DNA of 62,878 bases, the filler included, from Candidatus Rokuibacteriota bacterium (GTDB lineage: Bacteria; JAUVQV01; DATDCY01), in assembly GCA_031406795.1 (NCBI GenBank). It is 7 parts of 7 records of this genome, joined end to end, with 100 filler letters (N's around TTAATTAATTAA, not from the genome) between each part and the next. Parts side by side here need not be neighbours in the genome. Positions count along the whole stretch, not along the records: positions 24,474 to 36,927 come from JANOHV010000154.1; positions 37,028 to 47,452 come from JANOHV010000156.1; 5 more parts are not named here. The stretch is one strand, 5' to 3'. The notes beneath the pieces were generated by a model. It made no database searches. It was not told the origin of the DNA and saw nothing but the letters and a program-made list of their open reading frames with translations. Shown here piece by piece: positions 27,320 to 37,148 of this stretch; position 1 is the first letter of the stretch; each line of letters starts with the position of its first letter. Both the position numbers and the translations under genes were made by a program.

Positions 27320-28462
27320 ATGAAAGTGGTGATCGATGCCTATCAGATGGCCCCCAACGTCACGGGCACCGACCGACAGGCCCGAAATGTGCTCCGGGAG
27401 CTGCAGCTGCTGGATTCGGTCAACGAGTATGTCGTGATCGTGAACGAGCGGTTCGGCTTCGTGGCCGAAGTCGTGACGGCGCCGAACTTCAGACTTCTGC
27501 CGCTGCGGATCAGGCGACGCGCATCCTGGCACGCCCTCGGACTGCCGCGGGTCATCCGGAAGGAACGCGCCGACGTGTTCTTCTCCTTCCACAACCTGAT
27601 GAGCCCGCTGCTCAAGACCTCGAAGGTCATCGTCTCGGCGCTCGATCTGATACCGTTTCTGTACCAGCGGACGTACTACCGGGGCTTCGTCAACCGTTGG
27701 GTGCGGCGGCCGCTCGTCCTCGGGATCATGAGGGCCGCAACGCTTCTCGGCGACGCCTTTCTGGCAAACTCCCGGTTCACGAAACGATCGGTCGCGGAAC
27801 GCTTCGGCATCCGTCCCGAAATAATCCGCGTGGGCGAACTCCAGGCGGAGTCCGTCTTCTTCGAAATGCCCGGCGCCGCGCGAATCGCCGAGGTCAGGGA
27901 AAAGTACCGGCTGCCCGCCGGCTTCGTCTTCTGCCTCGGGGGTTCGGAGCCGCGAAAGAACGTCGTGTCGGTCATCCGCGGCCATCACCTCCTCCCGCAG
28001 GAACTCCAGTCCCGATTCCCGGTGGTCGTCGGGGGCGCCGCGTGGCAGGACGCGGAGTTCCCCGTCGTGAACGACCCGCTCGTGAAACAGGTCGGCTTCG
28101 TCGACGATGTCGACCTGCCCGTGGTCTACCGCATCGCCGCCGTTTTCGCCTGCCCCAGTCTGTACGAGGGCTTCGGGCTGCCGGCCCTGGAGGCCATGGC
28201 CTCGGGCACCCCGGTGTTGACCGCCAATTCCACCTCCCTGCCGGAGGCGGTCGGCGACGCGGCCGTCATGGTCGATCCGACCGACGTGAGCCAGATCCGG
28301 GACGGACTCGAGAGAATCCTCACGGATGCCGAATTTCGCGGCACGCTCGTCGAGAAGGGCCGTGCCAACGTCGCCCGGTTCTCCTGGAAGCGAAACGCCG
28401 AGGTCCTGCTCTCCCTCTGCAACGAAGTCCTGAAAGACGCGAAAGCCAAAGAAGCGGACTGA
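27320..28462 (+). CDS. Glycosyltransferase family 4
   Basis: EPRKN, YEGFGLPALEAMA and FSW motifs. Confidence 0.9.
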   Translation: MKVVIDAYQMAPNVTGTDRQARNVLRELQLLDSVNEYVVIVNERFGFVAEVVTAPNFRLLPLRIRRRASWHALGLPRVIRKERADVFFSFHNLMSPLLKTSKVIVSALDLIPFLYQRTYYRGFVNRWVRRPLVLGIMRAATLLGDAFLANSRFTKRSVAERFGIRPEIIRVGELQAESVFFEMPGAARIAEVREKYRLPAGFVFCLGGSEPRKNVVSVIRGHHLLPQELQSRFPVVVGGAAWQDAEFPVVNDPLVKQVGFVDDVDLPVVYRIAAVFACPSLYEGFGLPALEAMASGTPVLTANSTSLPEAVGDAAVMVDPTDVSQIRDGLERILTDAEFRGTLVEKGRANVARFSWKRNAEVLLSLCNEVLKDAKAKEAD

Positions 28463-28539
28463 AACCTCCCGGCAGCGCCGCGCCGGCCGGGCGCCATCGG
28501 CGTCCGGACGCCGACGGCCATGCTATACTCCGCGCAGTC

Positions 28540-29931
28540 ATGATGCACAGGCCGCTGCGGGTGCTCTCCGCCATCGCGTTCGCCTCCGACTTCGCCACCG
28601 TGTCGGTCGCCTACTTTCTCGCCTACTTCCTGCGCTTTCGCTTCGAGATCGTGCCGCTCACCAAGGGCATCGCCCCCCTCGAGGTCTACCTCTCCTTCCT
28701 CCCCGTCGCGCTGGCCCTGTGGTTCGCCGCGAGCTGGGCGAACGGCCTCTACCACCCGCACCGCAAGCACTCCCTCATCGACGAGGCCCTCGCGGTCGCC
28801 AAGTCCGGCTCGCTCGCCACGCTGTTTCTGGTCGCCCTGACCTTCTTCTACCGCGACTACAGCTTCTCGCGCGTGATGCTCCTGCTCTTCTGGGGCACGA
28901 GCATCGTGCTCGCCAGCGCCGGCCGCACCGGGATCATCGTCGCGGTGCGGGTGCGACGCCGGCGCGGCTTCAACGTGAGCCAGGCGATCATCGTGGGTGC
29001 CGGCGAACTCGGCCACACCGTGGCACAGAAGATCGCCGAATTGCCCCAGCTCGGCCTGCGCGTCGCCGGGTTCGTCGACGACACGGCGCCGGCCGCGGCG
29101 GCCAACCGCTATCTCGGCCGGATCGACGACCTCCCCGAGCTGGTGCGCAGCCACCGGGCGACCCAGGTCTTTTTCGCGCTGCCCCGCGAATCGCACGCGG
29201 ACCTCGAGCGCGGCCTGGGCCTGCTCGGCCAGGAGATGGTCGACATCCTGATCGTTCCCGACATCCTCCAGTTCGTCATGCTGCGCGCGGGCCTCGAGAG
29301 CCTGGACGGCATCCCGATGATCAACCTGGCCGACACCCCGCTCTCCGGCTGGTACGCGCCGGCCAAGCGCGCGGGCGACATCGTCTTTTCGCTCCTGGCC
29401 ATGATTCTCCTCTCGCCGGTGCTTTTCGCCATCGCCGTCGCGATCAAGCTCTCCTCCCCCGGTCCGATGCTTTACCGGCAGCAGCGGATGAGCCTGGACG
29501 GCACACTCTTCGACATGTTCAAGTTCCGCTCGATGCGCGTCGACGCCGAAGCCGAGACCGGCGCGGTCTGGGCCCGCCCGGACGACCCGCGGCGCACGGG
29601 CTTCGGCGCCTTCCTGCGCCGCACCAGCCTCGATGAGCTGCCGCAGCTCATCAACATCCTCATCGGGCAGATGAGTTTCGTCGGCCCGCGGCCGGAGCGG
29701 CCGGTCTTCGTCGAGCAGTTCCGCGAGAGGATCCCGCGCTACATGCTGCGCCACAAGGTCAAGTGCGGTCTCACCGGCTGGGCGCAGGTCAACGGCTGGC
29801 GCGGCAACACCTCGATCGAGAAGCGCATCGAGTACGACATCTACTACGTCGAGAACTGGTCGCTGTCGTTCGATCTGAAGATTCTCTGGCTGACGTTGTG
29901 GAACGGCTTCATGAACAAGCACGCGTATTGA
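28540..29931 (+). CDS. Undecaprenyl-phosphate sugar phosphotransferase (WcaJ-like)
   Basis: Four TM segments, IVGAG, KFRSM, SLDELPQ, VGPRPE and GLTGWAQV. Confidence 0.92.
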   Translation: MMHRPLRVLSAIAFASDFATVSVAYFLAYFLRFRFEIVPLTKGIAPLEVYLSFLPVALALWFAASWANGLYHPHRKHSLIDEALAVAKSGSLATLFLVALTFFYRDYSFSRVMLLLFWGTSIVLASAGRTGIIVAVRVRRRRGFNVSQAIIVGAGELGHTVAQKIAELPQLGLRVAGFVDDTAPAAAANRYLGRIDDLPELVRSHRATQVFFALPRESHADLERGLGLLGQEMVDILIVPDILQFVMLRAGLESLDGIPMINLADTPLSGWYAPAKRAGDIVFSLLAMILLSPVLFAIAVAIKLSSPGPMLYRQQRMSLDGTLFDMFKFRSMRVDAEAETGAVWARPDDPRRTGFGAFLRRTSLDELPQLINILIGQMSFVGPRPERPVFVEQFRERIPRYMLRHKVKCGLTGWAQVNGWRGNTSIEKRIEYDIYYVENWSLSFDLKILWLTLWNGFMNKHAY

Positions 29932-29968
29932 ACAATCCAGGCGAGCAACCACAGGGAGGGCACGGCGA

Positions 29969-30169
29969 ATGACCAAACACAGCGGCGGACACAAGCTTCT
30001 CGAGAAGGTGAAGCACGCGATGGACGACCTCGAGATCACCGCCACCGAGTACCGCGAGATCATGGACCAGGCCCACAAGGACGGGCACATCGATCCTCAG
30101 GAGCGCGCGATCCTCGCGCAGTTCAACCAGATGATCAACGACGGCACGATCAAGCGCGTTCCCGGGTAG
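29969..30169 (+). CDS. Small hypothetical protein
   Basis: GGGAGG RBS, host-like codon usage, 66 aa. Confidence 0.7.
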   Translation: MTKHSGGHKLLEKVKHAMDDLEITATEYREIMDQAHKDGHIDPQERAILAQFNQMINDGTIKRVPG

Positions 30170-30173
30170 CCCG

Positions 30174-32717
30174 TCAGGGCCGCCGGGGTTTCGCGCGAGC
30201 CGTGGCCGGTGCGTTCCAGGGGTCGTCCGGCCAGGGGTGTCGCGGGTAGCGCCCGCGCAGTTCGGCGCGCACCTGCCGGTAGGCGCCGTCCCAGAATCCG
30301 CGCAGATCGCGGGTGACCTGCACCGGCCGGCCCGCCGGCGAGAGTAGGTGCAGCAGCACCGGTGCCTTGCCGCCGGCCACGGCGGGCGAGGACCCGAGAC
30401 CGAAGAGTTCCTGCAGCTTGACTGCCAGAACCGGCCCTTCGAGCGAGGCGTAGTCGAGTGCAACCCGGCGCCCGCTGGGCACCACCAGGTGCGTGGGAGC
30501 CAACACATCCAGCCGCGAGTTGAGCCGCGGCGGGATCAGTTCGCGCAGCGCGGCGGTCAGGTCGACCCGCGTCAGGTCCCGTGCTCCGCGCACGCCGCTC
30601 AACCCTGACGACAACCACGTTTCCGGTTTTTCGTAGAGCCGCTCGTCCGCGAGGTCCGGCCACCCGTCGCCCGGAAACAGGCGCGCGAGCAGCCGCACCC
30701 GCCCCTGAAGCTGGCGCACCTCCTCCCCGAACGGCAGCAGCGCCGATCGCTCGGCGCGCACCGCCCGGAGGAGCACCGGGAGGGCCTCGTCGTCGGCCGG
30801 GACAAACGGGCGTTCAGCGAGCGCCACGGCGCCGATTCTCTCGCGGACGACCCCGATGACGCGGCGCTCGCGCGCCACCCAGCCGACCGAACGCTCGGTC
30901 GCCAGATGCCCGGCCAGTTCCTCGCGAACCGTCGCCGCCGCGACTGCGGATGCGCGGTGAATGACCCCTTCGTCGCCCGTTCCGGCGTCGACCTCGACCG
31001 CCACGACGAACTCGTTCCCGCGCACGCAGCTGGACGGAGAGAGCCGCGCGCCCCGGCCATTCGCCAGAAGATAGCGCTCGCCGGCGGCGTCCCTCGCGCG
31101 CGCCAATCGGTCGGGGAAGGCGTCGAGGAGCAGACGCCCGAGCAGATCGCCGCTCGTCGACGGCGCGACCGCCCGCGCCGCCGCGGGAAGCAGGCTCTCG
31201 AGCTGCTGCGCCGTCCGTGCCGCCGCGCGCAATCCCCCCGCGTCGGCACCGGCATCGGCTCTGCCGGTCGCGCGAAATCGCTCCAGCGCTTCAATGCGGT
31301 CCGCGAGGTCGCACGCGCCTGCGACCGCCTCCGCCCGTCGCTCCCCCCGCGCGAGCACATCGCGGCCGGAGAGCAGCGCCGCCAGGTTGCACCCCAGCGA
31401 CGCCGCACCCAACGAGGCCGCGCGGATCACGAGGCGCGCGAGGCGCGGGTGCAGCGGCAGGCGCGCCATGGCCCGGCCGTCGGCGGTCGGACGCTCCGCG
31501 GCATCCAGCGCTCCGAGTTCGCCGAGCAGGGCGCGCGCCGCCGTCAGCCGGGCCGCGGGCGGCTGATCGAGCCAGGGGAGCGCACCCGGTTCCCGCACGC
31601 CCCAGAGCGCCAGTTCGAGCGCCAGCGAAGCGAGATCGGCGACCAGCACCTCGGGGGGCGCGAAAGCCGTCAGCGCCTCGTAGTCCTGTCGCGAGAAGAG
31701 CCGGTAGCAGACGCCGGGAGCCGTCCGACCGGCGCGCCCCGCGCGCTGGTCGGCCTGGGACCGGGCCGCGCGCACGGTGACCAGCCGGCCCATCCCGGAG
31801 GCGGCGTAATGCTCGACCCGGCGCGCGAGTCCGGAATCCACCACCGTGCGCACCCCCTCGATGGTGAGACTCGTCTCGGCGATGGATGTGGCGAGCACGA
31901 CTTTGCGCCGGCTCCCGGGCAGCAGCGCGCGCTCCTGCTCCTCGAACGGCAGATCGGCATAGAGCGGATGCAATTCGACCGCGTCGGCGGCCGTCGCAGC
32001 CAGGCGGCGGAGCAGGTTGGCGCACGCGCGGATCTCCCCGGCGCCCGGAAGAAAAGCGAGCACGTCCCCGGCGGTTTCGGCGAGCGCGCGCCCCACGGCC
32101 CCGGCAACCTGCGCGGCGACGCGCGAGGGGTGCCAATCCCGACCGCCGTCGAGATAGCGGAATTCGACGGCGAAAGTCTTGCCCGGGGCGGCGACGACCG
32201 GTGCGCCGCCGAGGAGCGCCGCGACCGGCCCGGCATCCAGCGTCGCCGACATGACGAGGAGCGCCAGGTCCTCGCGCAGGTTGCGCCGGGCGTCGAGACA
32301 GAGCGCGAGGGCGAGATCGGCGTTGAGGCTGCGCTCGTGGAATTCGTCGAAGATCACGAGCGCAACGCCTTCGAGGCCCGGATCGCTCTGCAGCCGTCGC
32401 GTGAGAATTCCCTCGGTGACCACCTCGATCCGCGTCGCCGCCGAGACGCGCCGCTCGAAGCGGATGGCGTAGCCGATCGTGCGCCCCACTTCCTCGCCGA
32501 GTTCGCGGGCCATCCAGCGCGCGGCCGAAACCGCCGCCAACCGCCGCGGCTCCAGCATCACGATGCGCCCCCCCGGCGGCAGCGAGCCGAGCAGCGCCGG
32601 CGGCACGCGCGTGGTCTTGCCGGCCCCGGGAGGCGCGGTGAGCACGGCGACCCCGCGAGCCGCGAGTGCGGCGCACAGGCGCGGCAGGGCCTCGTCCACC
32701 GGGAATGCTTGCTTCAT
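30174..32717 (-). CDS. hrpB: ATP-dependent helicase HrpB
   Basis: APPGAGKTT, DEFHER, MSAT, TSIAETS, QRAGRAGR and GRYPRHPWPDDP motifs. Confidence 0.95.
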   Translation of the reverse strand: MKQAFPVDEALPRLCAALAARGVAVLTAPPGAGKTTRVPPALLGSLPPGGRIVMLEPRRLAAVSAARWMARELGEEVGRTIGYAIRFERRVSAATRIEVVTEGILTRRLQSDPGLEGVALVIFDEFHERSLNADLALALCLDARRNLREDLALLVMSATLDAGPVAALLGGAPVVAAPGKTFAVEFRYLDGGRDWHPSRVAAQVAGAVGRALAETAGDVLAFLPGAGEIRACANLLRRLAATAADAVELHPLYADLPFEEQERALLPGSRRKVVLATSIAETSLTIEGVRTVVDSGLARRVEHYAASGMGRLVTVRAARSQADQRAGRAGRTAPGVCYRLFSRQDYEALTAFAPPEVLVADLASLALELALWGVREPGALPWLDQPPAARLTAARALLGELGALDAAERPTADGRAMARLPLHPRLARLVIRAASLGAASLGCNLAALLSGRDVLARGERRAEAVAGACDLADRIEALERFRATGRADAGADAGGLRAAARTAQQLESLLPAAARAVAPSTSGDLLGRLLLDAFPDRLARARDAAGERYLLANGRGARLSPSSCVRGNEFVVAVEVDAGTGDEGVIHRASAVAAATVREELAGHLATERSVGWVARERRVIGVVRERIGAVALAERPFVPADDEALPVLLRAVRAERSALLPFGEEVRQLQGRVRLLARLFPGDGWPDLADERLYEKPETWLSSGLSGVRGARDLTRVDLTAALRELIPPRLNSRLDVLAPTHLVVPSGRRVALDYASLEGPVLAVKLQELFGLGSSPAVAGGKAPVLLHLLSPAGRPVQVTRDLRGFWDGAYRQVRAELRGRYPRHPWPDDPWNAPATARAKPRRP

Positions 32718-32827
32718 CAGTGCGTCGCCACGGAGTCGGAACGAATACTAGCCCGGCGGCGGGCGGTCGGCAAGCGACCGGCGGGCTCCTTGACAAACAT
32801 CCGCCCCGCGTCAAGAATCTGGCACCC

Positions 32828-33970
32828 ATGATGCGCAAGAAGCGGCTGTTCGTCGACGCCTCGCCGTTGGTGGACAACCACCTCAGCGGCGTGGGGCACG
32901 CCACCTATCATGTGGTGGAGGAACTCTCCCGGGACGCGGCCTTCACCAGCACGCACCGCATCGTCCTCGTCGTCCCCTACGCCACCCGGGCGCTGCTTTC
33001 ACGCTGGAACTTCAACGCCGCCGTCACCACCCGCCCGATTCTGCTGCCGGGCAGAGTCTGGAATTGGCTCTTGAAGCACGACCGCCTGCCATGGATGGAT
33101 CTCTTCCTCGGCAGCGGCGTCTACCTGTTCCCGAATTTCAGGAATTGGCCGCTGCTCCTCTCGCGCTCGTTCACGTACATTCACGACGTCGCCTTCGCGC
33201 GCTTCCCCGAGACCGTGGAGCCGTGCAACCTGGCCTATCTGAGGAAGAACGTGGCGAACTGGCTCGGGAGAACCACCAGGGTCGTCACCGTTTCTAACAC
33301 CTCGAAGGAAGAGATCGTCCAGCAATTCGGCGTCGACCCGTCGAGAATCGTCGTCGCCCTGAACGGGGTCGACCGGACCCGGTACCGGCGCAGCGAGCAG
33401 CAGCGCATCGAGGCCACGAAGCGGAATCTCGGCATCGCGGGCGACTACCTGCTCTATGTCGGCAACATCGAGCCGCGCAAGAACCTGATCCGCCTGATCG
33501 CCGCCTACCGGCGTCTGCCGAAGACGCTGACGGACAGGTACCAGCTGGTCATGATCGGCAGCGGCGGCTGGCTCAACGGCGACATCATCGACGCCATAGG
33601 TCACGCGCAGTACGACGGCTGCCGCATCGTCAGGCCGCTGCGGTTTGTCCAGGACGCCGAGATCGTCGATCTCTACTCGGGCGCCCGCTGCGCGGTACTG
33701 CCGTCGTTGCACGAAGGGTTCGGCATGCCGGTACTCGAGGCGCTCGCCTGCGGCACCCGGGTCGTCGCCGCTGATCTGGGCTCGATCCGCGAGGCGGGCG
33801 GCGACCTCGTCACCTACTGCGACCCCCTCAGTGTCGAGAGCATCGCCGAGGCGCTGAGACAGACGCTCGAGACGGAGCCGCCCGAGGGATTTCAGTCTCG
33901 AGCGCGGAAGCACGTCGAAGATTTCAGCTGGCGCCGGACGGCGCAGATCCTCGAGCGGCTCCTCTGCTAA
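32828..33970 (+). CDS. Glycosyltransferase family 4
   Basis: GNIEPRKN, EGFGMPVLEA and FSW motifs. Confidence 0.9.
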   Translation: MMRKKRLFVDASPLVDNHLSGVGHATYHVVEELSRDAAFTSTHRIVLVVPYATRALLSRWNFNAAVTTRPILLPGRVWNWLLKHDRLPWMDLFLGSGVYLFPNFRNWPLLLSRSFTYIHDVAFARFPETVEPCNLAYLRKNVANWLGRTTRVVTVSNTSKEEIVQQFGVDPSRIVVALNGVDRTRYRRSEQQRIEATKRNLGIAGDYLLYVGNIEPRKNLIRLIAAYRRLPKTLTDRYQLVMIGSGGWLNGDIIDAIGHAQYDGCRIVRPLRFVQDAEIVDLYSGARCAVLPSLHEGFGMPVLEALACGTRVVAADLGSIREAGGDLVTYCDPLSVESIAEALRQTLETEPPEGFQSRARKHVEDFSWRRTAQILERLLC

Positions 33971-34653
33971 TTGTCAGCGCCGGGCGGGCGGTCCATCAGG
34001 CTCGCGTACCCGCCGTGAGCCACCACCACGTGGTCGAGCACCCGGATGCCGAGGATGCGCCCAGCTTCGACCAGCCGCTCGGTGAGCTGCACGTCCTCCG
34101 GGCTCGGCGTGGGGTCGCCGCTCGGGTGGTTGTGCACCAGGATCACCGCGGCTGCCGAATCGCGCACCGCCGGCTGGAAGACCTCCCGCGGGTGCACGAG
34201 ACTCCCGGTGAGGCAGCCGACGGCGACGGTGATCTCGCGGATGAACTCGTTGCGGGCGTTGAGCAGCACGGCGATGAAGACCTCCCGCGGGAGATTGAAG
34301 AGCCGCGGCGTGAAATGATCGGCGACCTCGCGACTCGAGGAGAGACGGGTGCGCGGCCGGCCGGCGCCCGACATCAGGCGGCGGCCCAGCTCGAGCGCGG
34401 CCTTGAGGCTCGCCGCCTTAGCCGGCCCGAGACCGCGGGCGGCGCACAGTTCGCGCATGCTGGCGCGGTCGAGACCGGCGACGCTCCCGTGGGAGGCCAG
34501 CAGGCCGGCCCCGACCTCGGTAGCCGAGGCCCCCGGCCCCGCGGCGCCGGTACGAAGCAGCAGGGCAATCAACTGGGCATCGGAGAGCGCTTCAGCGCCG
34601 CTGCGCGCAAGCAGCTCCCGGGGACCATCCTCACCGCCGCGAATCAGGGGCAT
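33967..34653 (-). CDS. radC: RadC / JAB domain protein
   Basis: PRE..LSDAQL, VHPREVF, HNHPSGDPTPS and LDH motifs. Confidence 0.93.
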   Translation of the reverse strand: MPLIRGGEDGPRELLARSGAEALSDAQLIALLLRTGAAGPGASATEVGAGLLASHGSVAGLDRASMRELCAARGLGPAKAASLKAALELGRRLMSGAGRPRTRLSSSREVADHFTPRLFNLPREVFIAVLLNARNEFIREITVAVGCLTGSLVHPREVFQPAVRDSAAAVILVHNHPSGDPTPSPEDVQLTERLVEAGRILGIRVLDHVVVAHGGYASLMDRPPGADN

Positions 34654-35825
34654 TGATCCGGCAATTCCGTCGCCGCGGCGACCGGGCGGAAACCAATCTG
34701 GCGGCGCAGGGCACCCCGACCGGAACGCTCTATCGCCTCCCGGGAGCCGACGATCCGCAGTGACGATGTCGTGCCGAGAACCTGGGGCGAACGGGTCAGG
34801 GTGATGAGAGCGCCGGTCAGCGTGAACCGGGCCGTGGCGCTGCCGAGCGCATCGGCGATGATGACTCCTGAGAATACCCCGCCGGTCGGGATGTCGAGCC
34901 GCGCGGGCTGCCGGGCGGGGTCGAGATGGGAGTAGGCCGGGTCGTACTCTACGCCGTACACGCCGTGCTCCAATGCCATCCGGGAGGCCTCGTGCTTCAC
35001 GGGGTCGAAGGCCGGGTTGTGGACGATCAGGATGCCGTTGCCGTCGAGCGGGCCGGAGTAGTCGCCGCGCGCCCAGAGCAGCCCGGCCGGGGGGACGCCC
35101 GGGAACGGCTCGGGAATCTCGTCGAGGTGCGAGAGCGTTGCGCCCGGATTGAGGATCGCCAGCACCTCGGCGGGCGGCGGCGATGGGCCGGAGACGGATT
35201 CGCCGTCGACGACTGCGCCATCCGAGAGCCGCACCGGGCTCCCGCCGGCAAGAGCAGGCAGCGTCGTCCCCTCGACGCGAATGTCCCCCGACAGATCGAG
35301 CGGCCCCGCCGCCATCCACGCCGCGGAAACGAGCGGGGAGCAGGTCACCGGCGCCAGCTCCGCGACGATCGACTGGCGGCTCCCGCCCCCCTGCGCGCTG
35401 ACGAGCAGCTGTACCACCGGGTAGCCGCCCCGGAGCAGCGGCGAGCCGCCATAGCCGAAACTGCGGTTGAAGAGCACGACGGTTGTCACCGGGTCACCGT
35501 CGGCATCGTCAAGGTCCGGGACCAGACAGACCCGTCGTGAGCACGCCCACTCGCCGTCCTGCCAGCGCCGCACGGCGATCCCGGGCGCCGGCCAGGGAGC
35601 ATGGAAGGTCGCCCCCGGGATCGGTCCGCCACCGGAGGCAAACTCCGCTTTCGTGCTCTCCAGCGCGGACTCCGCCGCATAAAAGACGGAGCGCTCCCGC
35701 GCCTGCCGCGTCGCAATCACCAGATCGGCGCCCCCGGCGAGCAGCGACATCGTCGCCAGCAGCGTCATCACGGAGAGCACCCCGACCGCGGCCACCAGGG
35801 CGCTCCCGCGTTGATCCCGCTTCAT
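34644..35825 (-). CDS. PilX-like type IV pilus accessory protein
   Basis: DQRG|SALV prepilin-like N-terminus and FYAAESAL. Confidence 0.7.
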   Translation of the reverse strand: MKRDQRGSALVAAVGVLSVMTLLATMSLLAGGADLVIATRQARERSVFYAAESALESTKAEFASGGGPIPGATFHAPWPAPGIAVRRWQDGEWACSRRVCLVPDLDDADGDPVTTVVLFNRSFGYGGSPLLRGGYPVVQLLVSAQGGGSRQSIVAELAPVTCSPLVSAAWMAAGPLDLSGDIRVEGTTLPALAGGSPVRLSDGAVVDGESVSGPSPPPAEVLAILNPGATLSHLDEIPEPFPGVPPAGLLWARGDYSGPLDGNGILIVHNPAFDPVKHEASRMALEHGVYGVEYDPAYSHLDPARQPARLDIPTGGVFSGVIIADALGSATARFTLTGALITLTRSPQVLGTTSSLRIVGSREAIERSGRGALRRQIGFRPVAAATELPDQCP

Positions 35826-35839
35826 CGTGGCGCCCTGGT

Positions 35840-36406
35840 TCACGTTCGCGAACGCAGACGCACCAGGGTGCGCTCCTGCATGCCCGAGGCGGTGGAGAGC
35901 GTGCACTCGACGAACGCCGCCCGCGCCGCGATCAGCGTCTCGCCGGCATCCTCGTCCAGACCCCTGCACTGCATTCCGGCCACGCCCGAGGCCAGCACCT
36001 GGGTGCTCCCGCTCGCCCAGCCCGCCGCGGGCGCCGCAAGCGGTGCCTGGATCCGGTACTTCAGATCGGACCCGTCGAGCCAGACCGTGATCAGACGCCG
36101 GTTCGCCGGCGAGAACGCGGCGGGGACGTCCTCATCGCGCGACACCACATAGGAGAGCGAGTCCGGGCCAATCAGCCGCACCCCGCCTTCGGGATCGTGA
36201 TACCCCGCCTGCTGAAGATCTCGAGTCAGCCAGGCCAGGGAACCGGCCAGAGCGCGCACCGCCTCCCGGCGCTCCTCCTGCCGCTCCCACAACCGCTTCT
36301 GCAGGTGTGCGAACGGCAGGGTCATCGCCATGACCATGCCGGTCAGCGCCAGCGACAGCAGCAGTTCGACGAGGGAGAAGCCCTCGCTGCCGGGGAGCGC
36401 CTTCAC
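35840..36406 (-). CDS. PilW-like minor pilin
   Basis: G|FSLVE class III signal and RDLQQAGY. Confidence 0.8.
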   Translation of the reverse strand: MKALPGSEGFSLVELLLSLALTGMVMAMTLPFAHLQKRLWERQEERREAVRALAGSLAWLTRDLQQAGYHDPEGGVRLIGPDSLSYVVSRDEDVPAAFSPANRRLITVWLDGSDLKYRIQAPLAAPAAGWASGSTQVLASGVAGMQCRGLDEDAGETLIAARAAFVECTLSTASGMQERTLVRLRSRT

Positions 36407-36909
36407 CGCTGTCTCCGGAGCGAGAGGCGCACCACCTGACGCGGATCGAAAACCCCGCGTTCGCTCGCCCAGAAGCAGTGCACCGTGCAGCGCGGCGGTT
36501 CGGCGGAAGGAGCGTCACGCTCGTAGGCCACGAGGAACCTGCCGTTCGGCCGAACGACCTCCTCCTGCAGCCAGGTTCCTCCTCTGCCGAGCGCCTCGGG
36601 AAGCGTCGCGGTCACCAGGCCCGCGGTGGCCCGCTCCCAACCGAGGGCGCCGATGCGCTCGAGACGCTCCTGTGCCAGCAACGTCCCCGTGGTGATCGCC
36701 CGGCTGCGCAGTTCGAGCCGCGCCGCGAGCAGCGTGGACTGAAGAACGCCGAGCACGCCGAAGGAGAGGACGAGCATCACGACGAGCACTTCGACGAAGG
36801 TGAATCCCCGATCAGCGCCCACGCCCCGCCTCCCGATCGCCGCGATAGAACCGCACCCTGCCGGTAGTGGGCGCCAGCGAGCACCGGTAGACGCCGCCGT
36901 CGGCGCCAC
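36403..36909 (-). CDS. PilV-like minor pilin
   Basis: RG|FTFVEVLV and LAQERLE; start uncertain near the contig end. Confidence 0.75.
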   Translation of the reverse strand: MAPTAASTGARWRPLPAGCGSIAAIGRRGVGADRGFTFVEVLVVMLVLSFGVLGVLQSTLLAARLELRSRAITTGTLLAQERLERIGALGWERATAGLVTATLPEALGRGGTWLQEEVVRPNGRFLVAYERDAPSAEPPRCTVHCFWASERGVFDPRQVVRLSLRRQR

Positions 36910-36927
36910 GCAGCGTGATGCTGCCGA

Positions 36928-37027
36928 NNNNNNNNNNNNNNNNNNNNNNNNNNNNNNNNNNNNNNNNNNNNTTAATTAATTAANNNNNNNNNNNNNNNNN
37001 NNNNNNNNNNNNNNNNNNNNNNNNNNN
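36928..37027. other. Artificial contig linker
   Basis: N run containing TTAATTAATTAA. Confidence 0.98.
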
Positions 37028-37148
37028 CAGGCTCGTTGTTTGAGCCCGAAGGGCGAGTTACGAGACTGCGAGCCCCGGGCACCGTGACGGGTAGGCTGCG
37101 CAGACGCACGACCGAAGGGACGCCCCCGCCGCCTCGCCGACGGGAACG

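Noticed and set aside
33967-34653. radC as a mobile-element marker
   Set aside because: It is the full-length chromosomal type and is uninterrupted.
37028-37148. Possible further repeat (TGTTTGAGCCCGAAGGGCGAGTT hairpin)
   Set aside because: Single occurrence at a contig edge, so it cannot be supported as a repeat from this window alone.
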